Below are positions 23,651 through 34,466 of a stretch of 36,726 nt of DNA, piece after piece; position 1 is the stretch's first letter, and every line of letters begins with the position of its first letter. The stretch spans positions 11,465 to 48,190 of the forward strand of contig BLSG01000059.1 of assembly GCA_012862495.1 (NCBI GenBank), read 5' to 3'. Origin of the DNA: Thraustochytrium aureum. Taxonomy: Eukaryota. The position numbers were made by a program, and so were the translations under genes. Under the pieces are notes generated by a model, which did not search any database, was not told the DNA's origin, and saw nothing but the letters and a program-made list of their open reading frames with translations.

Positions 23651-24018
23651 CTCTTTGGTTTTGCGCTCGTCCAAGAGCTCACGGGCGAGGCGTTCTTGCC
23701 CAAGGGCCTCCATGAGGTTTTCTATTTGCTGGTCTGCTTCTTCCAGGCGCTGGTCCTGCTCGCTCGAAACGCTGTTGATCTTGCCCTCGAGCTCTTTCAA
23801 TCGCTTTTCAAAAGCCGTCCGGCTCCGCGTCTTGTCCCCTTCGAGCCCCTGCTGCAGCTTGGAGAGTTTTCTTGTGTGATCGTCTTGACCCTGTCCTTGT
23901 TCGCCGTGACGCGGACCCTGTCCCGCTCGAGCTCTTCCAGCGCAAGCCATCGTGGTAGCTTCCTCGATACGGCCGCGGCGTCGGCCGACTCTGGGCCTCT
24001 TTCCTTGCACTCCTCCAT
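23651..24018 (-). CDS. SF-assemblin/beta-giardin-like coiled-coil protein (5' part only; rest in gap)
   Basis: ATG 24018 (MEECKERGP..) joins, via a missing A at ~23867-23870, to KLSKLQQGLEGDK..FEKRLKELEGKI..ALGQERLARELLDERKTKE, which resembles the SF-assemblin-like AREILDERKTKE motif. Confidence 0.6.
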
Positions 24019-24987
24019 CTCGCCTCCAAACGGCGCCGCAACGTCCGGTGCGAGCCCTCCGTCAAGCGATTCCGCGCCAATCCGAAGCCCGCCGCCCAGG
24101 ACGCGCGCTATTGTTCTCTTCGGCAGCGAGACGCGGTCCGCGCCGAGTGTCCGCACGTCTGATGGCTTCGGAGCGCGGGGTCGGGAGGGGGGCCTGGCGG
24201 GGCGCGGGGGGGTGGGGGATCGGCGGACGTCAGACACCGGATCTATCCGGGCCTCCTTCGAACGGCAGCCTTCGGTCGCAAAGCAAGGCGCAGCCGAGTA
24301 AGAACGGGAAAGCCCAGTCGCCGCCGCAGCTCCAAACCGCCTTCGCCGCGCGCGAGCAGCCGCGCTGTGCTCTTCGCGGCACTGCCTCGAGCAGCGCCTG
24401 CCCGCCTCTCTTCCTGCCCAGCCCCGGAACGCATCTCTACCACAATATTTACCTCTGATAGATCAAGAAGTGGATTCCATACCGTTCGATTTTCCGCCAA
24501 GAAATGAGTGGATTAGGCGGAGACATGGAGCGAATTGACCGTTTCGCGCCTGCTGGGCCGAAAAACCGCGACGCGATTCCAAACGAAAGCGTTTTCCTGC
24601 ACAAATGGCCGCCGTCCGCAGACGGAATTCATCGCTGGGGACTGCGGCGATGGACCTCGAGCGCAGGATCCCGCCCGCCCGTCCCGCTACCCCACCCGCG
24701 TGGCGCCGCGGCGAAGCTCCTTGTAAAGCGAAAGGCTGGCTTGCTCTACGAAGTGGCTGCTAGCTCTGGAGCTCTGGAGCTCGCTAGCTAGCTCTGTGGA
24801 GAGAGACGGGCATCGACCGCTACGTAGCGCACGACGGAGGCCGCGCGCTGAAGAGCCCCCAGACCAGTCCCGCAGACACCAGGCTGGCAGCCGAAAGCCT
24901 CGCGACGGCGAGGACCCTGACGACCTGTCGCCTTGCGCTGTTGACGGACGCGAGAAACGCCGCCCGAAACAAACTCTCGCCCGTCGC

Positions 24988-25093
24988 AATTTGCTGCTGG
25001 GCTGGGAGCGCAGCACTGCTGGGCAGGACTAGAATTTGCTGCTGGGCAGGGCTAGATCTTGCTGCTGGGCAGGGCTAGAAGCTGGCTGCTGGG
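24988..25093 (+). repeat. Degenerate ~23-bp tandem repeat (TTGCTGCTGGGCAGGGCTAGAA) running into a gap
   Basis: About 4-5 imperfect copies of GCTGCTGGGC(AGGGCTAGA) immediately before the N-gap at 25094. Confidence 0.75.
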
Positions 25094-25411
25094 NNNNNNN
25101 NNNNNNNNNNNNNNNNNNNNNNNNNNNNNNNNNNNNNNNNNNNNNNNNNNNNNNNNNNNNNNNNNNNNNNNNNNNNNNNNNNNNNNNNNNNNNNNNNNNN
25201 NNNNNNNNNNNNNNNNNNNNNNNNNNNNNNNNNNNNNNNNNNNNNNNNNNNNNNNNNNNNNNNNNNNNNNNNNNNNNNNNNNNNNNNNNNNNNNNNNNNN
25301 NNNNNNNNNNNNNNNNNNNNNNNNNNNNNNNNNNNNNNNNNNNNNNNNNNNNNNNNNNNNNNNNNNNNNNNNNNNNNNNNNNNNNNNNNNNNNNNNNNNN
25401 NNNNNNAGGAC

Positions 25412-28053
25412 ATGGCGGTGGTTGAAGGGAAGCGCGCCGCGGTGGCTGGGTCGGCCGAGGAGCGGGTGAGGCGCGTGGAGTTGGAGCGCTTGAAAGCGGA
25501 GGCGAAGAAGGGCGACAGGGCGGCACGGGTCGCGAAACTCAAGTCGAAGAAGCTCGGGCCTCAGGCGCGCGCACTGAGCGAGCAGGGGAGGGCGGAAGAG
25601 GAGGGCCGACGCGGTGTTGAGGCGCGAATGCGCGCGGAACGTGCTGCGCGCGCTGGACGCATCAGCGCCCTGTTTGAGCAGTTCATGGCGGAAAGGAAAG
25701 CCGGCGCAGAGCTGCTGGAGCGCAGCAAGGCTCCCGAGGCCTTGTCGCATTTGAAGGCAGCGCTAGAGGGCGTGTGTGGTCTGCTGCGCGAGATTCCGGA
25801 TGCGGCTGCCCCGGCCACAACCGCAGCGGAAGATCACGGACACAGCCACAGCCGCCCTGGAGGTGCTTGCCACGGCCATGGACATCAAGATGGCGCTCTG
25901 CACGCTCACGCTCACGCTCACGAACACGATCACCCTCATCAAGGCTGCTCAGTGAGCTCTGGGGGCGGTGGCGGCAGCGAGGAGGCAGAGCTCGCCAAGA
26001 TGGTTCGCGGCGCGGAGCGCGAGCTGCGGACTCTCATGGGGCAGTGCCACATGTCGTGCGGGCAGTGGGTCGAGGCCGTCGACGCGCTCCGGGAGCTGCT
26101 ACTTGTGGACCGGAGCGCCGGGCTCGCGTGGGTGCTGCGCGGGGCCGCGTACCTGGAGATGGGCGCTCCGCTGCTTGCGCAGCTCCACTTTGAGCAGCAA
26201 GCCGTTCACGGGGAGGCCAAGCACGTCTTGGAGCTGAAAGAGCGCGCAAAAGCGGCCGTGCGGGAGCGGCAGAGCCACACTCTCGAGGAAAACGTGTCCG
26301 CGACGCTCGAGGCCGCACTGCGGTTTTCCGTGGCAAATCCGCTCGGGCAAGAGCGAGGCGCAGCTGCCAATCTCAAGGCGGAGGGCGACCGGCTTCGGAT
26401 GGAGGGGTTTTATTATTCGGCGCAGCTCAAGTTTCGCGCTGCGCTCGCCCTGGCCGAGTCGCTCGAAGGCGACGTTCGCTTCTTGGTGGCCTGCAGACTC
26501 AGCCTCGCAGCCTGCCTCATCGAGCGCGGGGCAAAGCTCGGCGAAGCCGTCCAGCTCTGCACAAGAGTCATATGCGGCACAAGCGCCGCTGGCACCGAAG
26601 ACCCAAAGGCGCTGCTGTACCGCTCGCAAGCGCACCGCGCGCTGGGGCAGTACGCGCTGGCTGCCGAAGACGCCTGGCGATCCAAGCGCTCCTGCATGGT
26701 GCTGCACGCAACGCTCGAGGGTGGTACGGGCGGCGTCGCCGCTCTCGAGGAGGCCTATGGGCTCCCACAAGCGAGGTTTGGGGCCATGGATTCGTTCGGC
26801 GCGGGCCTCGACTCGCAGGACACCGACCAAGAGCTAGGCACGGACGCCAAGGTCGCCTGGCTCGCCGGCCTCGCGGCGCGCGCGGACAAGGAGCGCGCTG
26901 CCTGCGCCCTGGCGTGGCGAAAGCTCGGCCAATTGTCGCTAGTCCGCGATCGGCCGCTCGTCGCCCGCCGCGCGGACCGGTGGGGGGCCAGGTGGCCTGA
27001 CGAGTCGCCCTTCTTCAGCCTTGCGCAGAGGGCGCCGAAGGAGCTCGCGCGCTCTGCACCGCGTCGCTGCATGCTAGTAGTCTTAGAGGCCACGGCTGCC
27101 CATGAAGGGCTGCCAGGCGAAGGGCTGCCAGGCGAAGGGCTGCCAGGCGGAGGGCTGCCAGACGAAAGACTGCCAGGCGGCGCGCAGAGAGGTGCCATCG
27201 AGCTCGCCGGGTTTCGCCTGCCAGAAGAGGCGGGCGAGTGCTTGGAGCTCGTATTGGGGGGCGGGTCGCCGTGCAGCGTTGGCGCGAGCTCGGTTGACTC
27301 TGCGCTCCTGTCTGCTGTTTCTGCGTGCGGGCTCCAAGTGCAGGTTGTGACGGCCGGCGGGGCGGAGGAGGCGCGGTCGCTTGCCGCGCAGTTGGGCGAG
27401 GCGCAGCTCTTGGTCGTCCGCGTGGAATGCGCCGACGGGGTTGCTGGCGCGCTGGACGGGTTGTTTGGCGCTGGCGAACAAGGCTCGGTTGCTGCTGTGG
27501 TTGCGTGCAGCGCTTCCAGACCGCGCTGCTGGCTGGTCTCCCCAGAGCTCTTCGCTTCAGGACCTTGGGCAAGGGCGACGATCAAGCCAGGGGACAAAAT
27601 TGAGTGCGCGTGCCGTGTAGAAGGCGATCGGGGTAGAGTGGCGTGCCGGGATCGCCGGCGCCGTCGAGGGCGACGGCCAACGGGCTTGATGTATTATTCC
27701 TCGACGGGGTGGAGGAGGCAGCGGTTGATTTTGCCCGAGTGCGGCGTCGCAGCACAGTGCGCGAGGAGCAGGTGGTCGTGTCAGGTCCGGCCGACGTATT
27801 GCCAACGCTCTTTGGCCTCTCGACCGGCCGGCGCCTAGCAAGTGAGGGGGAGGCGGTCCGCCGGGGCGTGTCAGCATGGATGGTGGGGCGCGACCTCTCC
27901 ACGTACTTTACCTTTCGTGAGAGTGGCCGACGCTTCGTCGAGCGTGGCAACCTGGTCGTCGGTGCCCTGCGAGCCGGTTCCGCCTCGCTGGCCCCTCACT
28001 CGCCTCCACCCGCCGCCCGAGCTCGGGCCGACAACCGTGGCAGTGGTCAGTAG
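25412..28053 (+). CDS. His-rich TPR-repeat protein with C-terminal Tudor/Agenet-like domain (frameshifted; may be two genes)
   Basis: TPR-like helices (MGQCHMSCGQWVEAVDALRELL, AWVLRGAAYLEMG, NLKAEGDRL..YYSA..F..AL, KALLYRSQAHRALGQYALAAED) and a His-rich tract at ~25830-25940. Removing one G at 27630-27633 and one at 27682-27684 gives KPGDKIEC..VEWRAGIAGAVEGDGQRLDVLFLDGVEEAAVDFARVR. Confidence 0.7.
27104..27178 (+). repeat. 15-bp coding tandem repeat (GAAGGGCTGCCAGGC) x5 encoding EGLPG-type units
   Basis: Directly visible; translates as EGLPG EGLPG EGLPG GGLPD ERLPG. Confidence 0.92.
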
Positions 28054-28779
28054 ATACACGTTCGAGCACCAATCCAAACCACAGCCTGCCAGGCAGTTGG
28101 GCTTCCGAAGTACTCGGCCCGAGCGCATACGCCACTCCTCGACCAGCAAGCTTTCGAGCTGTCGAGCTCGTCGGCGCGCGTCCCAAACCGCGCCGCACAC
28201 TTCAAGCGCCCGAGTGAGCTCGATTGTCGAATCAACAGAAAGAGGTCGACCGAGGCGCAAGGATGTCTTCCCGAGCACGAGCACGAGTCGACTGTCCTGC
28301 TGTACCCCACCAGGAAGCCAACTCGAGAACTCGACTACCGGGCTCCGTAGGAGAGTACTCGTGTTCTCGCACCGGAGTAGTAGCCAACTCCGGGCTGGTG
28401 TAGTACTCGAGTGCATACTCAACTCCCGCTCGCTCCAGCAGGAATGCATGTGCACCGGCAAGGTACTCGAGTACATACCTGAGTACTCTGGTCTGCTCTG
28501 CTCTGTGGCACTCTACCCGGTACTCTACGTGGTCCTCGCTTCGTCTTGGACTGGATGATGGACATGATGGATGGATGGATGGTCTCAAGAAAGTCGGCGT
28601 TGTCCGCGTCAGCAGCTGCACAGCAGACCCGGTTGGCCGCCTCCTCGCGTGCTCGCGAGGCCTCGCTGGCCGGCCGTGCGCGACGTTGGAGCTGCCGGAG
28701 CAGGAGGCTTGCGCGGAGTCCTGCGGCCGCCGCGTTGCTGGCCAGTGTGCGCCGCCGAGGACCTTCTTGGCGGGTCGGC

Positions 28780-29900
28780 ATGGAGGAGTCCCTGCCGCGC
28801 CATCGCACGATGCTGGACAAGGAGCTGCGGCGGGCGCAGTGGATGTACCGGCAGCAGGTCGTTGCCAAGAGGGTGGTGGACGAGGTGGGGCGCGCTGGAG
28901 CGGCGCATGGGTTTGCGGTGGAGTGGCAGGGACGCCTGCTGGAGGCGCTGTTCTGGGACCCTGTGACACAGGCGGACCGGTTTCCGGTGGCGAGCAAGCT
29001 GCGCGGCAAGGTGGCGAAGCGCGTGATTGCACTAATTGAAGCCGCTGGGAAGGAGGTGCACGAGGGCCTGCTGGAGGTGGCCCTAGAGAGCTACGGGCCA
29101 GCAGCGCCAACCAGCGCCCTCGCACCGCTTGAAGCCTCGTTCCAGACATTCGGGTTCGCCGCGTGGGCCGCGGCTGGGGCGCGATGCGGCGGCCTCGAGC
29201 GCATCAAGGCGCGCTGCAAAGCGCCTTTGGACGCGATGTGCTCGGTCCGCGTGGAAAGCGGGGGCATGCGCCAAATTGGCCTCGTTCCTTGGGTGGCCGG
29301 GATGAGCCTGGCCGACTTTATCGTTGCGAACCCCGCGAGGTTTGACGGGAAGCGCGTCCTCGAGCTCGGGTCTGGAGTCGGACTGACGGGCGTCGTGCTC
29401 GCCCAACTCGCCGACGTGGACAAGGTGCTCCTGACAGACTTTGATCCTGAGGTGTTGGACAACCTGAAGCGCACAGTGCGCGCGAACGGGTTGGAGGCCA
29501 CCTTGCAAGTTGAGCGGCTGGACTGGACGAGCGAGAGCGACGTTCAGGCGCTCGCCCGCGATGGCGCGGCCGGCTTTGACACGCTGCTTGTCGCAGACTG
29601 TGTTTATGCCCCCGAACTGATCGAGCCGCTCGTGCGCGTTGTGCACCGCGTGCTGTCGCACCGGCCGAACGACTGCAGCGCCTTCTTCGTGTCAACAGAG
29701 CGCAATAGGGAGACCATGGACAAGTTTCTGGCGGGAGGCTCGGTCGGTTTGGCATCGCAAAGCACGACATGACCGCAGAGCTGCCTCGGCCGTCAGCAGG
29801 CGACCCCGATGAGCTCTTCGAATACGACGAGTTGTCCACGCTGTTGTACCGCGGGATCGACCGGCGACGCGTGCGGCTCCACCACTGCACACTGGCGCGA
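28780..29900 (+). CDS. EEF2KMT: EEF2KMT/FAM86-like protein-lysine methyltransferase module (N-terminal part of apparent fusion)
   Basis: FAM86-like N-domain (WQGRLLEAL..FPV..KVAKRVIALIEAAGKEVHEGLLE). Seven-beta-strand protein methyltransferase motifs IGLVPW.AG..LADF, VLELGSGVGLTG, LLTDF..VLDNL, RLDW, LLVADCVY, STERNRET. Confidence 0.85.
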
Positions 29901-31303
29901 GCCGAGGGCCACGTGGAGCGCTTGCGGCTCGGCACGGCAGGCGCTCTAGAAGCGTTCCAGGACTTGATGGCCTTGAATCGGCCGTGCCTTGTGGATGGCG
30001 TGCGGCTGGAACCGTTTGCCAGCCTAGCGCTTGGCGCAGAGAGCGGCGGCATCGACCTCGGCGCGCTCCGGCGGCACTTTGCAGAGTGCAAGGTCCCTGT
30101 CGTGGGAATCAAGTGCGAATCGTGCCGCAAAGCTGCGCGGGGAGCAGCGCCCTTGCCGCAAGCTGCGCAGGAGTCTGCTGACTGCGTAGAGGTGCCGTTG
30201 GCGGCGTTCGCTGACTGCTGGAGCGAGCATGGCAGCAGGGCAGCAGGGTACCTCAAGGACTGGCACGCAGCTTCGGTCTGGTCGGCGGCAAGAGGAGCAG
30301 GCACCTCAACTCTAGCTCGAGCCCACCCCCGGGCCAAGGGGGTGGCGCGGCGAGGCTGTACGAAACGCCAGACATGTTTGCGGACGACTGGCTCAACTGG
30401 TACCTGCTGGAGGCGGGCGGGTCGCTGGAAGGGCCGCGCGGCGAGCCCGGCCAACAGGCCGGCGAACGATCTGTTGACTATCGGTTCGTCTACCTCGGCG
30501 GCGCGGGGACCATGACGGGCCTGCACCACGATGTCTTGCTCTCGTTCAGCTGGAGCGTCAACGTGTCCGGGACCAAGCTTTGGGTGATGTTTCCGCCGCA
30601 CGAGGGCGAGGCATTGCGCGGACTGAGCGAGCTCCAAGGTCTCTGTGAAGGAGCAATGGAGTGGTGGGCCCGCCACGGCGCCGCGCTGGGAAGGACCGGT
30701 CGTGCCGCGGGCGCGACCGGCGAGAGCATCGATGGCGCGCTAGACGAGTTGGTGCGGGAAGTTGTGGCGCGCAGCGCAACAACTGGTGCGCAACCGTACG
30801 TTGTCCTGCAGGGGGCGAGCAAGCCGTGTTTGTGCCGAGCGGTTGGTGGCACCAGGTCGTAAACCTGGAGGACACGTTGAGCGTAAACCACAACTGGCTG
30901 AACCGGCACAACGCGGTGGCCGTGGACCAGTACCTGCGCGCCGAGCATGCTGCAACGGAGGCAGCGCTCTCCGACTTGCGCCCCCCTGGCGACACCGACT
31001 GCGATGACGCCGATGGGGGTGCGGGCGAAGCTGCTGCGTGGCGGGAGTGGCGAGGAATTGTAAGCAGGGTGATGCGGCTGAACGTGGGAACAAATCTTGG
31101 CGGTTGGGCGGCGCTCTTGCGGGCCAGGCGCGAGGCGTGCGAAGCGCAGCTAAGGGCAGTGCAAGTGCAGGGATTGTGGCGACGGCGCGGCACGCGCGAC
31201 GTTCGAGGCGCGACAAAACATTCTGGCAATCGATCTGCTTCTTCCCGGTCTCGCAGCGCACGAGGAAAGTGCTGCGGCAGCGCTGGACGCGTCGGCGGTT
31301 TGA
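29900..31303 (+). CDS. JMJD4: JMJD4-like JmjC 2-oxoglutarate/Fe(II) oxygenase module (frameshifted three times)
   Basis: Motifs NRPCLV, YLKDWH, YETPDMFADDWLN, DYRFVYLG..GTMTGLHHDV..SFSWSVNVSG.KLW.MFPP, GEQAVFVPSGWWHQVVNLEDTLSVNHNWLN, with HxD...H ligands present. Shifts at ~30300-30345, 30811-30815 and ~31170-31172; the last leads to ..EARQNILAIDLLLPGLAAHEESAAAALDASAV* ending 31303. Confidence 0.88.
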
Positions 31304-32381
31304 GGCCGGGCCCTCCACTAGAAGGTATGGCTCGCGGCGGGAGAGTGGGTGGGATTGGGGTGTTGGATTGGGGGGGGGAAGGGGGCGAATGGGCCTTGGC
31401 AGCCTGCCAGTTTCGGCGGCACGTGCGGTGGTAGTTCAGGATCCCGACTTGGTGGACCGTCGCCGAGCAGGCTGCGCCGTCTCCGCTCGCCACTTGTGCT
31501 TCCTCTTCAGAGACCGGCAGTTTGATCTCCTCCGCGGCGCTCCGCCCTTGCCGACCGCCAGCGCGCAACGCAACCCGGAGGGCTGGCGGGTGCAGTTTTC
31601 AAGTGGCATCGACAGGGAAAAATCTGTACGAAAGGCGCGCGCGGGGCATCATGCGTTTTTAGCTGTGGGGTGCGGACGACGGCTTGCTTGGGTCTGCCGA
31701 AGCGGTGCCAGCAAGGAGGATCGAACAGCGCCGAACAGCGGGGCCTGGTTTGCAGTGGCAGGGCGGCATGCGCCGCCGCAAAGGCCGCACGAAGGTCCAC
31801 TCGATGCCGATGTTGATGTTGTGTTGCCCAGGAGCACTCTTGGGACGTGCAAGGCTCCGCCGCGGCGCCGCGTCTCTCAACCGTCGATCACAGTACCGGT
31901 AGAGAAGGTAAAGCGCGATTCGTACCCGCACCGGCGGCTGTGTGCACGGGTGACTCGAACGTTTGGCTTGTTGCCAGCCAGGTGAAGTAGAAAAGCGGGT
32001 AGGTACCGGTATTCGCGGATGTCAAGTTGTCAATGCCACTCCACTTCTTCCGACGCCTGTGGCGAGAAGGCAAAATCCGACGTTGCGATGGGTCTCGTAC
32101 CTCCCATTTCCGCTCGAAAGTGGCCACACGCCAAGTTTATGCAGCGGCGGCACCGCGTGCAAGCCACGCGGCACGGTGGGAGTACTATACTACCTACTTC
32201 CTGCTCGTTTGACTGCCGCCTGGAGCGGGCTGGAGATGGCCAGACACGTGCGAGGTGCCAGCTGAACGTCGCTCGCTGCGACTATCTGCAGCCAGCTTGT
32301 TGAATGAATCGAGCAACCGTGAGCTCACGTCGTCGTTCTCTTCTGAGATAAGTCACTCACTCATTCGTCAAGTTTCTGCGG

Positions 32382-32540
32382 AAAAAAAAATCTGCGAAAA
32401 AAAATAAATCTGTGCGAAAAAGAAAAATCTGTGCGAAAAAGAAAGAATTTGCTTTTTAATTTACTTGTATTGTTCATGAATCAAGGAAAAAAGGTTTTTT
32501 ACTCAAGACTTGCGCATTGTTTTTGTTTGATTGATTGAAA
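32382..32540. repeat. AT-rich block with ~3 imperfect copies of AAAAATCTG(TG)CGAAAAA
   Basis: Sharp drop in GC content; repeats visible at ~32386-32445. Confidence 0.7.
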
Positions 32541-34430
32541 ACGTCAAGGTTTGGGAAACGTTTGGGATCAAGGCAAAGCTGGAGGAGACGAAAGACATCA
32601 TTGCGCATTCGAGTTTGTCCCGCAAACGAACGCAGCGGAGGTGCCAGAGCGCTCCTCGATTTGCGAAAGATTTTTGTGGCGGGAACACCGTGCAGCCGNN
32701 NNNNNNNNNNNNNNNNNNNNNNNNNNNNNNNNNNNNNNNNNNNNNNNNNNNNNNNNNNNNNNNNNNNNNNNNNNNNNNNNNNNNNNNNNNNNNNNNNNNN
32801 NNNNNNNNNNNNNNNNNNNNNNNNNNNNNNNNNNNNNNNNNNNNNNNNNNNNNNNNNNNNNNNNNNNNNNNNNNNNNNNNNNNNNNNNNNNNNNNNNNNN
32901 NNNNNNNNNNNNNNNNNNNNNNNNNNNNNNNNNNNNNNNNNNNNNNNNNNNNNNNNNNNNNNNNNNNNNNNNNNNNNNNNNNNNNNNNNNNNNNNNNNNN
33001 NNNNNNNNNNNNNNNNNNNNNNNNNNNNNNNNNNNNNNNNNNNNNNNNNNNNNNNNNNNNNNNNNNNNNNNNNNNNNNNNNNNNNNNNNNNNNNNNNNNN
33101 NNNNNNNNNNNNNNNNNNNNNNNNNNNNNNNNNNNNNNNNNNNNNNNNNNNNNNNNNNNNNNNNNNNNNNNNNNNNNNNNNNNNNNNNNNNNNNNNNNNN
33201 NNNNNNNNNNNNNNNNNNNNNNNNNNNNNNNNNNNNNNNNNNNNNNNNNNNNNNNNNNNNNNNNNNNNNNNNNNNNNNNNNNNNNNNNNNNNNNNNNNNN
33301 NNNNNNNNNNNNNNNNNNNNNNNNNNNNNNNNNNNNNNNNNNNNNNNNNNNNNNNNNNNNNNNNNNNNNNNNNNNNNNNNNNNNNNNNNNNNNNNNNNNN
33401 NNNNNNNNNNNNNNNNNNNNNNNNNNNNNNNNNNNNNNNNNNNNNNNNNNNNNNNNNNNNNNNNNNNNNNNNNNNNNNNNNNNNNNNCTTCTCCAACCAG
33501 CACACGAACTGGAATTCTCCCAGGCGCTCTTGCCCTTGGCCGCTTGGCCGTGCTAGCTCTTGGCCGCGCTGGCAGCGAGCAGCAGCTCTGCTCGCGAGTG
33601 TGAGAGAGCGCACAGACAGGCTCTGCTGCACGGCTCGCCTGCCTGCCTGCCTGGTCGCCCTGGCGGGCGGGCACGTGCAGCAGATCCGATTTTCGCGCTC
33701 TGCCAATGCACAGTGTACACAGGCCCACTGCCACTTTACGGTCGAGTGACCGCGCAGAGTAGGGCCCGGGTAAGTACTCTTCAGCACAGCCGGAGTAAGT
33801 ACCTTCCCAACGACAAGATACTTGGGCCCAGCAAGGATCCTTCCTGTCTTTGGCAGCAAGGCAGCAAGGATCCTTCCCGTCTGTGATCCTCCCTGGCGTC
33901 AGGTTCAGGTGGAGCGGATGGTATTCAGTCGCGGCAAAGCGCTGATCCTGCGTCGCAGTTCACTCGTCGCAAGAGTACTTGCTCCACTCTCTGCTGGCGT
34001 TGGAAAGAACTTGTCCTGCCGAGCTAGCTCTCCCAGTCGGCTGCCAGGGCGTCGATGAAAGAGGGCGGGCACGTGCGACGCTGCCAGCCTCCGATTGGCC
34101 GCAACAGCGGCCGGCGTTGGCGGCGGCGCCTTGCTCGCGGTATCGCCGCAAGCAACGAGAGCAAGCAGCAGCAGCGAGTCCAGCGTGCGCAGTGAGAGTG
34201 GCTTCGGTGGGACGGTGCAGTGAGGCAACGAAAAGCCACCGGGCTCGAAGGCCTTGCGCGTAAGGTTGGCTTCAAGCGTCGCTGTGCACAACCCTCGTTC
34301 ATCCGGCACGTGCTGTCGACAATGGCTTCCTGTCTCCTGCACTCGCTGAGAGGCCAACCACGTCCATGATCTGGTTTCCTCCGAGTCGAGCGCGAGGGAG
34401 AAAGAGCAGTCAGTCATCGATCAATCAACC

Positions 34431-34466
34431 AAGCAGACAAGCAGACAAGCAGACAAGCAGACAAGC
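34431..34466 (+). repeat. Octamer microsatellite (AAGCAGAC)x4.5, followed by GAAA-rich tract
   Basis: Directly visible; lies in the long non-coding region upstream of the last gene. Confidence 0.9.

Larger units (their letters stand above)
2207..33487. other. Assembly gaps: 2207-2715, 5021-5023, 15193-15974, 17788-18245, 20830-21205, 22690-23650, 25094-25406, 32699-33487
   Basis: Runs of N. ORF-track entries spanning them are artefactual joins. Confidence 0.99.

Noticed and set aside
21395..24301. 968-aa ORF and other ORFs spanning N-gaps (e.g. 17050..18681, 17707..19584, 32474..33859)
   Set aside because: Artefactual read-through of N runs joining unrelated sequence.
28546..28779. N-terminal extension of the methyltransferase ORF (MDWMMDMMDGWM..)
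   Set aside because: Derived from a GGAT/GAT microsatellite; homology-like sequence begins near ATG 28780.
31400..32340. Possible minus-strand gene or element fragment (e.g. YRYLPAFLLHLAGNKPNVRVT..; acceptor-like TTTTGCCTTCTCGCCACAG)
   Set aside because: Short ORFs in several frames with no recognisable domain; no coherent gene model could be built.
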